Positions 54,352 through 63,658 of a stretch of DNA of 64,000 bases are shown here, piece by piece. Where the stretch lies: positions 866 through 64,865 of the forward strand of contig SIBU01000003.1 in the NCBI GenBank assembly GCA_009695005.1. The letters are read 5' to 3'. The translations under genes were made by a program, and so were the position numbers. The notes beneath the pieces were generated by a model. It did not search any database, was not told the DNA's origin, and worked only from the letters and a program-made list of their open reading frames with translations. Position 1 is the stretch's first letter, and each line of letters opens with the position of its first letter. Origin of the DNA: Candidatus Tayloriibacteriota bacterium (GTDB lineage: Bacteria; Patescibacteriota; Minisyncoccia; Phycocordibacterales; SIBU01).

Positions 54352-55413
54352 ATGAAAACCATGATTCGCTTCTTAACAGTGTTAGTGTCAGTTTTGGGAT
54401 TTGTTGTGGAGGCATCACAGCAAATCAAGGTTCCGGACCGACTGCCAACAGGGACGGGGTTTCCATCACAGGATACCTGGATCTCAATTGATGTCGGATA
54501 CGACGACCCAAACCAATTGGACGACCCACTTCATGTCAGTTTTCTGTACGATCCCAAAATGGGCACAATTGAGCAGGCCGTTTACAATGCTGCTGAAAAC
54601 CAAATTGGCAAGTATGTAGCAAGACCAGGATCTGAAATTTACGATCACACCGTGAATGTTGGTATCAATCAATTCTTTGATGTCAACGGGTATCGAACAG
54701 AACGCCCTATCGGTGGATCCAAAGGCAGAAGAAATTTCTGCAAACTCATCAAAGCAGGAGAACAATGGATCTATCCAAAAGCTACCGCGAGCAAAATCGT
54801 TGTAGGCTACCAAAGCTACATCGCAGCGTTCGCGGGTGGTCTTAGCGAAGTGCAGGTTGTGCTTACGGACAATCTTGGAAACGAAGTTTACAAAGAAGTG
54901 TCTTCAAACGGCATCTCAGACGTAACTTGCAGTCAGTACCCTGGTGGAGTAGCTTATGATGGACCTGACATGCTTCAGATTCCATTAGGTTTCGCCTATC
55001 CAGAGTACTACAAAAGCCATGTTGGTTACGAAATACCACAGGGCTTCTACCGACTTCTCTTCGGCCCCAACAAGGCAATCTGGGCGACCTACTCATTTGA
55101 GACGGGTCGAAAGATTGCTTCAAACGAATCGGCGCCAGAAGTACCGATTCGATTGCAGGTCTCCGTGGTGAACCTTCCAGCTTTAAGGCTGGCGAGTCTC
55201 TCCAAGAAGGCCTCCTCCACTGACAAGGGTTTTCTTATCCGCGTCACAGGCCCCGTCGGTCAAGTTGTATCGCTGGAATATGCCGACGAGCTTGACTCAA
55301 ACAGTTGGGAACCTCTGAGTGACCTCATTCTGTCCAACGGGACAAGCGAGTTCACGGACGAAATAAGTCCCTACTCTCCTGCCCGATTCTATCGGGCACG
55401 GAAACTTCAATAG
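54352..55413 (+). CDS. Secreted hypothetical protein (~353 aa), GC-richer, lone plus-strand gene between the giant loci
   Basis: SD aaaggacgttcATG and signal peptide MKTMIRFLTVLVSVLGFVVEA. The C-terminal beta-sandwich-like domain ends ...SPARFYRARKLQ. Its own promoter and terminator are present. Confidence 0.75.
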   Translation: MKTMIRFLTVLVSVLGFVVEASQQIKVPDRLPTGTGFPSQDTWISIDVGYDDPNQLDDPLHVSFLYDPKMGTIEQAVYNAAENQIGKYVARPGSEIYDHTVNVGINQFFDVNGYRTERPIGGSKGRRNFCKLIKAGEQWIYPKATASKIVVGYQSYIAAFAGGLSEVQVVLTDNLGNEVYKEVSSNGISDVTCSQYPGGVAYDGPDMLQIPLGFAYPEYYKSHVGYEIPQGFYRLLFGPNKAIWATYSFETGRKIASNESAPEVPIRLQVSVVNLPALRLASLSKKASSTDKGFLIRVTGPVGQVVSLEYADELDSNSWEPLSDLILSNGTSEFTDEISPYSPARFYRARKLQ

Positions 55414-55432
55414 CTCCTCTATCTCTCTCATA

Positions 55433-55466
55433 CAGACCTTGTCCTCGCGACAAGGCTGTTTTTTTT
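55433..55466 (+). terminator. Rho-independent terminator
   Basis: Stem cagaccttgtc / gacaaggctg (10 bp with one bulge), followed by a run of 8 T. Confidence 0.8.
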
Positions 55467-55479
55467 ATTATTGATACTT

Positions 55480-55516
55480 AAATCCCCCGCGAGACTTTTA
55501 GCCTCGCGGGGGATTT
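55480..55516. terminator. Terminator hairpin downstream of the 2699-aa gene
   Basis: 14-bp stem aaatcccccgcgag / ctcgcgggggattt with a 9-nt loop. Confidence 0.7.
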
Positions 55517-55554
55517 TCAACTTTAATCTTTCAACTTAAATCTATAATTTTCCT

Positions 55555-58500
55555 TTAGAACTCTTGGAATCCTGGTTTGACGGCACTCACGTTTAATCTG
55601 AATGTTTTGATCAACACAGGAATATTCTGTGTTACCTCATCAATCATTGACCCTGTTGCCGTGATGGTCAAAGTATAATCGGTCGGATTAACACTTGGAG
55701 CAATAATTTTAGATGAGGTAACGTTCATATCAAGACCCACTGAGTACTGACCTGAAGAGATTATTTTATTTAGATTTTTAGTACCTACCGAGTAGAAATT
55801 AATTTTTACTGGCACAGATTTCCCTAATGAATCTGTAATAATTGCAGTGGTAGGGTCAAGTGTCCAACTTTGAGAACAACCTCCCGCTGGGGAAATACTT
55901 ACACGGGCTGACTTGGATGTCGCACTGTTGCTTATAAATGACATTTCCAAAACTTGCGGAGAAATTATTAGCTCACTGTTTGAATCATCACAATGAGTGT
56001 CTATAACGGTTACATTACCGCATTCAATCGGGCCTACCGTAGTTGGGGTGCTATTACTGTCAGTGACCGTAACCTTACCGGTTTTAAAACCGCCAGTAGA
56101 ATATGATACTGTTGAGAAATTATTAGTAGTGGGGACACTGCTCGCAAGTGGTGCATCCCCACTCCAGAGGTAAGTGTAAGGAGAAACTCCCCCTGTTACC
56201 GTCGCTGTCCAAGTAACTGATGATCCTTCCTTAAGATTTGCCGTAGGTGACGGACTGCATGAAACCACAAGAGGTTGAACAACGTTGACCGTAACCGAGT
56301 CACTTCCTGTAGGGCCGGGACCAGTACAAGTTATTGTGTAAACATATTGAACGACGGACAACGAACCGACAATCTCCGTACCCGACGATGATTTCCCCGC
56401 ACCGCTCCATGACCCAGTACCCGATAACGGCACACTTGAAGCTGTGCAACCATTTTGCGAGGCATTTGTAGAAGTCCAATTAAGGTCTACTGAATCGCCA
56501 GAATTTACGGTCAGCGGACCATGAGTGTAAGGATTGACTCCAGACTTTCTAACGTTAAGGGTTGTGGTAACGGGACAATTGCCAAGATCTGTACAAGAAG
56601 CTTTAGTGGTGGTAAGAGTTTGATCGCCGGAACAGTTGTTAAGTTCATTTATTTCATCAACAACTTCTGTCGAGTCAATACAATAACGAAAATCATAAAC
56701 AGTCGGGGCGTCAGGTGTAGCAGGTAAAGTGGTAGTGATTTCCTTAGAAACTGACTCACCAGCAAGAAGGCCACCTAAAACATCAACAGTGCCTACAAAT
56801 GTTCCATCGTAGTCCCCTCCTTGAATTTTTCGCTGTAGTTTTACCGCAAAGGTTGGTAATGAAAAACCTGCGCCAATGTTTTTTGGATCAACGATGAACG
56901 TAATGTTGGTGCCTTTACGGTAAAAACTATCCTCGTTTAATGTAAATGAACCAGACTTAACTTCAGGGTGACTCGAACCATCTAACAAGACTTTCGGTAT
57001 CAGATCCGGTTTGGTTATAAGCACTGGGGTACAATCTGCATTTACAAATGGCTGGCCAACTCCTGTCGGCAACATAGAAACAGAGGCTGATTTTGATCCT
57101 GAAGTTGTATAAGTAACGTTAAGACTGTTTATACCTTGAGATGGTGAGGGTATGCCTGTTGAACCTGGAGTTATTTCACTTCCACTCCAAACATAGGAAT
57201 AGTTGAGACCGACAGGAATGCCTACAGGTACCGGAGTTGCTGTCCATGTTCCAACAAGAGCATTTAATGTTCCGGAGCAAGATAACGTTGGTGGGGCTAC
57301 CGTCACGGTTGCAGTATCAGTCCCTGATCCTCCCAAACCTGTACAAGTGATCAAATAAGTTTTTGTGGCATTAGACAATGGTCCGATATCGACACCGTTT
57401 GTAGTGTTGTTTGCCACAGTGCCGGTTGAAAAGTCTGAGCTAGTACAATCCGTGGCGTTAAGGGATGTCCACTTAAGCACTGGTGTTGAGGCATAAGCAA
57501 CAGCCATCGTTCCACCAGCAACATTCTTAAGATAGTCAACAGTATTATAAGTAACATAAAGATCGACAGTTGGGAGAGGTATAGTACCGCCCGTTAATGG
57601 TATTGACCCTGAGCAATTATTGCTCTCATTTATTTCATCAACAACATCTGTCGAGTCAATACAATAACGGAACTCAAATGAACCGACTGAACTGACCGGC
57701 CATGCATGAACCATGTTTGCGTTCTTTGTATCTCCAGCGTCAAAGCTATTACCAACAGAAACCGGAACCGAAACGGTTTCAAAATTTGTATAAGTTGCAT
57801 CGCTGGCATCTTTAACTTTTCGTTGCAACTTAACTACAAAGTTTGGCGAACTAAAACCTGCACCGATATTTTTTGGATCCCCTCGGAAAGTAACGTTTGT
57901 ACCGACAATCACCGTACCATCGGGATTGGTAGTGCTATTCGTAACCACAGGAGCATTAGGTAATCCGGTTAAGTTAGTACCAGCGGCACCGAGAGGCGCA
58001 AGATCCGCTTTAGCGGTAACCGTTCCGCAAGCAAGTGGAACAACTCGATTGCCAGTAGCTGTCAATGTGAATGTGGCGTTCTTTGAGCCGGAGGTGGTGT
58101 AGTTGATGCTGTACGGGTTAGTGGAATTTGTAGTATTACTTACTCCGGCTGTACCTGGGGTTACGGAAATATTCGTGCCACTCCAGAGATAGCTGTATGT
58201 GAGACCTCCTGTGAGAGTGTTCTGTGCTGGAGAAATGAGAGATGTCCAAGTGAAGGTGTGGCCGGCATCTGGATTGCCAACTACCCCACCATCGACCGAG
58301 CAAGCAAGGTCAGGAGCATTGACGTTCACTACCAATGAACGGGGCGTTGAACCGCCAGGGCCTGTACAAGTAATGGTATAAGTGTACTGAGATGAGGATA
58401 GCCGACCAACATTGAGATCTGTGCCGGATGCAGGCTTACCACTGTCAGGAGTCCAGGTCCCAGTATTTAGAGGCGTTGCCACAGTGGAAGCACTACATCC

Positions 58501-61500
58501 ATTTACAGAAGTGTTACTCGACGTCCACTGCAAATCAACAGAGTCTCCATAATTAACTGTAATCGGACCATCACTGTACGCACCGCTTGGTGCCGAATTT
58601 GAGTTACGCACCTTGAACGAATCAATGATAGGGACACAGTTACCGAGATCTACACACGTCGCTTTAGTAGCAGTGAGAGTTTTATCGTCGGAACAGTTGT
58701 TAAGTTCATTTATTTCATCAACAACTTCTGTCGAGTCAATACAATAACGAAAATCATAAACAGTCGGGGCGTCAGGTGTAGCAGGTAAAGTGGTAGTGAT
58801 TTCCTTAGAAACTGACTCGCCAGCAAGAAGGCCACCTAAAACATCAACAGTGCCTACAAATGTTCCATCATAGGCCCCTCCTTGAATTTTTCGCTGTAGT
58901 TTTACCGCAAAGGTCGGTGATGAAAAACCTGCGCCAATGTTTTTTGGATCAACGATGAACGTAATGTTAGTGCCTTTACGATAATTACCACCACTATTTA
59001 ATGTAAATGAACCAGACTTAACTTCAGGATGACTCGAACCATCTAACAAAACTTTTGGCGTCAAATCAGGCTTTGCAGTCACCGTTCCGCAAGCAAGTGG
59101 AACAACTCGATTGCCAGTAGCTGTCAATGTGAATGTGGCGTTCTTTGAGCCGGAGGTAAGGTAATTGATACTGTAAGGATTTACTGTGTTATTCACTCCG
59201 ACAGTGTTGGGTTCAGTGGTTGGAATATTCGTACCACTCCAGAGATAGCTGTATGTGAGACCTCCTGTGAGTGTGTTCTGTGCTGGAGAAATGAGAGATG
59301 TCCAAGTGAAGGTGTGGCCGGCAGAAGTACCAACAACACCGAGAGGGTCGTTAACGGCGCAAGCAATGATTGGTGATGCAACGTTAACTTGAACCGGATT
59401 ACTTGAATGAAAATGACCATTTTTATCCAAACAGGTAAGCTGATAAACATATTGAGTTGAAGAAAGTGGGCCAATGTTCAAATCTGTACCGCCAAGTTCT
59501 GACTTCGAACCTGTCCAATCATGCGCTGGATCTGACGGTGTAGTAACTGTAGAAGCTGAACAAGTAGCATCATTTATGGATGTCCATTTCAAATCAACCT
59601 TGTCACCATAACTTATATCAACCGAAGTAGAAACAAAAGGATCTAAACCGGCCTTTCGAACTTCTAATGAAGCATCCCCGTCTGGATATTCTGGCGTACA
59701 GGTTGCTGTCGCGAGTTGTAAAGAAGCAGTCGTTGCGCCATTTCTTAAATAGTAAGTGTAAGGAATTCCTGGTGTGATACCAAGATCATTTACCGTACCA
59801 GACGCGCCAGTTACCGACTGAACTAAAGTACTACCCCTGAACAAAGAAACGTTTGTGCCATTAGTTTGGGTCCAAGATAAATCAATACCTGATGTACGAG
59901 GAGTACACGAAAGTGTGCCTTTTACAAGAGTTAGAGTAATCGAACCAGAGCAGTTATTGAATTCATTCGACTCAGGTACAGCACCTATACCATCATCTGG
60001 TAGCTTATCAACGCAGTAGCGTAAATCTATAATCTGGGGAATCAAGGCGTCTGTGCCGAAAATAATATCGCTAGTTGTCACAGTGGCTCCTGCTGACAAA
60101 CCGTTTACGGTAGCAGTGGATGGTAAATTAGAAAAATCAGAAGCGGAACCTTGAACTTTGTACTCGAATGTAACTTCGAAAGGGAGGTTGGTGCCAACTC
60201 CGATGTTTTTTGGTTGAGCTGCTAGTGTATAACCAGAACCGGCTATAGCGGTAACATTTGCAGTTCCACCGTTTAAGATTGGTTTGTTAGGAGGATCTAA
60301 CGGAGTAAGATCGGGTTTAGGACAAAGATTATTAACTCCTGGACAAACAGTATCAGGAATAGTAGTTGTACAGTTCGCTGGAATTTCCGCTCGTCCCGTC
60401 GGCGTCATCCTAACCATAGTGGTTTTGGAACCTGACAAAGTGTAGTTAATACTGTATGAATTTGCGTCATTCGTTGCAGAAGATACTCCAGTTTGAACAG
60501 GATTTTCAGGAATATCTGTTCCCGTCCAAATATAGGAGTAAGAAAGTCCAGATGGAAGCGATATAGGAGATGGGGTCGCGGACCAATTACCAATTGTACC
60601 TGAAAGAGTTCCACTACAAGAAAGTGTCGGCATCGCAACATTAACAGTCAATGAACGGGTATCCGGGGTACCCAATCCTGTGCAATTAATTGTATAAATA
60701 TATTGTCCCGATGAAAGGGGTCCGATGTTTAAATCAGTACCAGATGTAGATTTTACGCCAGTCCAATCATGTGTTGGATCTAACGGTGTGGTAACAGTCG
60801 AAGCTGTACAACCGGTTGCGAAAGTTGAAGTCCAATTTATATCCACAGAATCACCGTAATTTACCAACAAAGGACCGTTGATATATGCTCCGTTTGGTGC
60901 AGTGTTTGAATTGCGAACCTTGAAGGTGATCGTAATAGGAGGGGCAACTGTAGAAACCAAAGGCACAGAGCCGGAACAGTTGTTGTACTCTCCAACATTA
61001 GCGGTATTGTCTGCACTATTAGAAACCTGAACCTCATCAACATTTCCAACAATGCCTGGAATCGGAGGGAAAAGATTTTGTATTGGGTCAATGCAATATC
61101 TGAAATCATACGAACCTGCGGGAATTGCTAAATGAATAATTGATTTATTTACAGTTGCTCCGACAGGTGTAAATACGCCATTAACAACAGAACCTGCAAG
61201 TAGGCCCCCTGCAACATTCACAGTTTCAAAATCAACATACGTTCCATCTCCTGCGTTCGCTACCTTTCGCTGAAGTCTAACGATGAAATCTGGAGAACCA
61301 AAACCTGCACCAATGTTTGCTGGATTAACATCTAAAGTAACATTGGTACCGGCTCTAACTGTGCCGTCAGGATTTGTGATTTTAGCTGTAACTACTGGAG
61401 CATTCGGTCCCGGAGTAGCACCTGTAGCACCAAGAGGAGTGAGGTCGGGTTTACAAACGGGGACGGTTGCAGAAAGAGGAATCGGGGTAGGCACTTTACT

Positions 61501-63654
61501 GGAATTTATATCCCCTTTACCTACAGCTTCTATTTGGTATGTATATGCAACTCCACCACTTCGATTGGCCCTTATGTAAGGCGAAATATTGACACCTGAT
61601 TGAGTAACAAGAGACCCATTTTCATAAATGAAATAATAATCGACTGGCCCGTTTCCATCAGTATGATTACTCAAGTCACTAGCCGGTGCGCCCCATGAAA
61701 TTGTGACTTGTCCTGTAGTGGCATTAGGCATCACACATGCACCGGGTGTTGCGGTTGGAGCAACCGGATTTCCAGGAGAACAATACCTTGAGGCTTTGTA
61801 AATTGCTGAAAGTGAACTTGCAGGTGAAGAGTTACCCCCTCCGTTTATTCCACTAAACGACGTCAGTTTGTATCGATAGGAAACAGTTTCTGGAACGAGT
61901 CCTGAGTCGGCAAACGGGGCACTAGAAGATGGCGCAAAACTAAACGACTGCACTCCAGCTGTGTTTGGATCAGCATCTACTTGATTAGTATCGGAAGGCG
62001 TGAAATCCACAGAATTTCCCCTATACAACTTATAACTCGCAGCTCCCGGTACGCTATTCCAAGAAACATTAATCTTCCCTACCGTAGTATTGGCGTCAGT
62101 CTCGCAAGCTATCGCCACCGGCGTAACCGTGGGTGTAGGCATTGAAATCGTTACCGTATTACAAAAAACTGTAGTGTAAACTCCTGCAGACCCAACTAGC
62201 AGCTGCATATTTTTTTGACCTACTGTGTCATAAGTCATTGCATACCAATCACCCACACTAAAACCCCCTGGAAAATCTGTACCGTTCCATGTGTATGTAA
62301 AATTAGCATCTCCACCTTGAACCACAGGCTTCCAAAGAACCATTTGACCAGCCAGAGCGGTCGAAGATACCACACCTGAAACATAAGACTCACAGGAAGC
62401 AGAAAGTGGCACTAAATTAGTGCCTCCTATAGTAGGTGGTGGTGGAGTTGGTGTATTTCCACCTCCCACTGGTGGCGGAGGTGGCGGAGGTGGTGGTGTA
62501 GGTGTACCTCCTCCACCCAAATTAACATACTGTATGTCTACTCGTGGAGGGGTAACGATTGGAATAGGTGAATCAACACCGGGAGTGGTTGCCCCTCCAG
62601 CAACACTAGTCCCACTACTATCGCAACGAGATCCAAATCTTCCAAAAGGTGAAAAATGCTGTTGGATACTAGAATTAGTTTCATCAAAAACGACGTTTGC
62701 TGAATCATTTAAAGCGTGATAGCCCCAGAAGACATCTCCTCTATAATTGTACGCCTTGTCACGTTCAACACACATTCCATTACTTGAAAAAGGGAACGCT
62801 TCTCCACAATTTGTAGGAGGTCCGCTAGGTATACATGCCAGGCCTGGTAGATAGGCAGAAGGATCGCATGTAAGTGAGATAGTACTTAAACATAAACCTG
62901 TAGATATCCAATCTTCAGCTGGCTGAGAACCATCATCATTATCAAAAACAATGGTTATGTTCTTATGGGTACTTGAGATAATTTGAGCAGCGTTTGCTGC
63001 CTGTGCTGCTGCAGATGAATAATTGGAAACAAGGTATGGTCCAAAGGTATTACTAGCAAGACGAGAACGAAAAACTATTTCATCGTGTGATTCATCTGAC
63101 CCCACACTAAATACGGTAAAGCCGGGATGATCCGCACAAGTAAACTTAAGATGATATTTAAGTTTATAAGTTGCGATAGGAATTATTTCAGGTACCATTT
63201 CTACCATCCAATCTGCAAAATCTGCTACCCAATAAGCAGGTATTACGGATTGGTCTACCGAATTAATCACTTTTTTCGAAAACTGAAGAGTACTTGGTAT
63301 AAACACAATACCAGGATATCCATAAGTTTCACTCATTGTTGGTACTAAACTGTGATCAAAAGCATACTGGCTATTCTCCAATATTTGATCACCGATATCC
63401 ACTCCGACTGGAAGCACATCGTCTGGTCCGTAATATATCGGCCAACCGTTTCTACCGTAAGGATTAACGATACCGTCATCATAGTAAAGATAATCATCCA
63501 TGACCGGAATACATGCGGAATTATATGCCTCAACTTTATGGATGGGTGCAAACAACGAAACTCCCATCACAAACATAAAGACAAGAAAAGTTGCAACGTG
63601 ACGATTAAGCAGGCGTTCAAAAATTCTCTTGTTTTTTTTCTGTATGGATTCCAT
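55555..63654 (-). CDS. Giant secreted mosaic protein (2699 aa) with a unique N-terminal domain, poly-Pro linker, two FN3-like, five CARDB-like and many PKD/Ig-like modules plus a shared C-terminal module
   Basis: N-terminal TM VATFLVFMFVMGVSLFAPI. Linker GGGGTPTPPPPPPPPPVGGGNTPTPPPP. FN3-like strands: VSYRYKLTSF and VAYTYQIEAV. CARDB-like units: KPDL(T/I/A)P...FRYCID...(E/D)-x-N(E)-x-NNCS, five times. PKD-like units: YSY(I/L/V)W(T/S)G. Ends ...VKPGFQEF*. Confidence 0.95.
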   Translation of the reverse strand: MESIQKKNKRIFERLLNRHVATFLVFMFVMGVSLFAPIHKVEAYNSACIPVMDDYLYYDDGIVNPYGRNGWPIYYGPDDVLPVGVDIGDQILENSQYAFDHSLVPTMSETYGYPGIVFIPSTLQFSKKVINSVDQSVIPAYWVADFADWMVEMVPEIIPIATYKLKYHLKFTCADHPGFTVFSVGSDESHDEIVFRSRLASNTFGPYLVSNYSSAAAQAANAAQIISSTHKNITIVFDNDDGSQPAEDWISTGLCLSTISLTCDPSAYLPGLACIPSGPPTNCGEAFPFSSNGMCVERDKAYNYRGDVFWGYHALNDSANVVFDETNSSIQQHFSPFGRFGSRCDSSGTSVAGGATTPGVDSPIPIVTPPRVDIQYVNLGGGGTPTPPPPPPPPPVGGGNTPTPPPPTIGGTNLVPLSASCESYVSGVVSSTALAGQMVLWKPVVQGGDANFTYTWNGTDFPGGFSVGDWYAMTYDTVGQKNMQLLVGSAGVYTTVFCNTVTISMPTPTVTPVAIACETDANTTVGKINVSWNSVPGAASYKLYRGNSVDFTPSDTNQVDADPNTAGVQSFSFAPSSSAPFADSGLVPETVSYRYKLTSFSGINGGGNSSPASSLSAIYKASRYCSPGNPVAPTATPGACVMPNATTGQVTISWGAPASDLSNHTDGNGPVDYYFIYENGSLVTQSGVNISPYIRANRSGGVAYTYQIEAVGKGDINSSKVPTPIPLSATVPVCKPDLTPLGATGATPGPNAPVVTAKITNPDGTVRAGTNVTLDVNPANIGAGFGSPDFIVRLQRKVANAGDGTYVDFETVNVAGGLLAGSVVNGVFTPVGATVNKSIIHLAIPAGSYDFRYCIDPIQNLFPPIPGIVGNVDEVQVSNSADNTANVGEYNNCSGSVPLVSTVAPPITITFKVRNSNTAPNGAYINGPLLVNYGDSVDINWTSTFATGCTASTVTTPLDPTHDWTGVKSTSGTDLNIGPLSSGQYIYTINCTGLGTPDTRSLTVNVAMPTLSCSGTLSGTIGNWSATPSPISLPSGLSYSYIWTGTDIPENPVQTGVSSATNDANSYSINYTLSGSKTTMVRMTPTGRAEIPANCTTTIPDTVCPGVNNLCPKPDLTPLDPPNKPILNGGTANVTAIAGSGYTLAAQPKNIGVGTNLPFEVTFEYKVQGSASDFSNLPSTATVNGLSAGATVTTSDIIFGTDALIPQIIDLRYCVDKLPDDGIGAVPESNEFNNCSGSITLTLVKGTLSCTPRTSGIDLSWTQTNGTNVSLFRGSTLVQSVTGASGTVNDLGITPGIPYTYYLRNGATTASLQLATATCTPEYPDGDASLEVRKAGLDPFVSTSVDISYGDKVDLKWTSINDATCSASTVTTPSDPAHDWTGSKSELGGTDLNIGPLSSTQYVYQLTCLDKNGHFHSSNPVQVNVASPIIACAVNDPLGVVGTSAGHTFTWTSLISPAQNTLTGGLTYSYLWSGTNIPTTEPNTVGVNNTVNPYSINYLTSGSKNATFTLTATGNRVVPLACGTVTAKPDLTPKVLLDGSSHPEVKSGSFTLNSGGNYRKGTNITFIVDPKNIGAGFSSPTFAVKLQRKIQGGAYDGTFVGTVDVLGGLLAGESVSKEITTTLPATPDAPTVYDFRYCIDSTEVVDEINELNNCSDDKTLTATKATCVDLGNCVPIIDSFKVRNSNSAPSGAYSDGPITVNYGDSVDLQWTSSNTSVNGCSASTVATPLNTGTWTPDSGKPASGTDLNVGRLSSSQYTYTITCTGPGGSTPRSLVVNVNAPDLACSVDGGVVGNPDAGHTFTWTSLISPAQNTLTGGLTYSYLWSGTNISVTPGTAGVSNTTNSTNPYSINYTTSGSKNATFTLTATGNRVVPLACGTVTAKADLAPLGAAGTNLTGLPNAPVVTNSTTNPDGTVIVGTNVTFRGDPKNIGAGFSSPNFVVKLQRKVKDASDATYTNFETVSVPVSVGNSFDAGDTKNANMVHAWPVSSVGSFEFRYCIDSTDVVDEINESNNCSGSIPLTGGTIPLPTVDLYVTYNTVDYLKNVAGGTMAVAYASTPVLKWTSLNATDCTSSDFSTGTVANNTTNGVDIGPLSNATKTYLITCTGLGGSGTDTATVTVAPPTLSCSGTLNALVGTWTATPVPVGIPVGLNYSYVWSGSEITPGSTGIPSPSQGINSLNVTYTTSGSKSASVSMLPTGVGQPFVNADCTPVLITKPDLIPKVLLDGSSHPEVKSGSFTLNEDSFYRKGTNITFIVDPKNIGAGFSLPTFAVKLQRKIQGGDYDGTFVGTVDVLGGLLAGESVSKEITTTLPATPDAPTVYDFRYCIDSTEVVDEINELNNCSGDQTLTTTKASCTDLGNCPVTTTLNVRKSGVNPYTHGPLTVNSGDSVDLNWTSTNASQNGCTASSVPLSGTGSWSGAGKSSSGTEIVGSLSVVQYVYTITCTGPGPTGSDSVTVNVVQPLVVSCSPSPTANLKEGSSVTWTATVTGGVSPYTYLWSGDAPLASSVPTTNNFSTVSYSTGGFKTGKVTVTDSNSTPTTVGPIECGNVTVIDTHCDDSNSELIISPQVLEMSFISNSATSKSARVSISPAGGCSQSWTLDPTTAIITDSLGKSVPVKINFYSVGTKNLNKIISSGQYSVGLDMNVTSSKIIAPSVNPTDYTLTITATGSMIDEVTQNIPVLIKTFRLNVSAVKPGFQEF
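56629..57010 (-). repeat. Intragenic near-identical repeat, copy I (CARDB-like module)
   Basis: Aligns with 58690..59071 at an offset of 2061 nt (687 codons). Hand alignment gives >90% identity, with one ~20-nt variable block. Confidence 0.85.
58690..59071 (-). repeat. Intragenic near-identical repeat, copy II
   Basis: See 56629..57010. The adjoining segment 59081..59335 also matches 58019..58290. Confidence 0.85.
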
Positions 63655-63658
63655 ATAA

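Noticed and set aside
56629-59340. Diversity-generating retroelement (template/variable repeat) as the explanation for the near-identical repeats
   Set aside because: Mismatches between the copies are not adenine-specific (a/g, g/a, t/g, t/c and others). Both copies are in-frame coding modules, and no reverse transcriptase gene is in the window.
55555-63654. CRISPR-like or satellite interpretation of the periodic repeats
   Set aside because: The repeat units are 0.3-2 kb, lie within one uninterrupted 2699-codon ORF, and correspond to protein modules.
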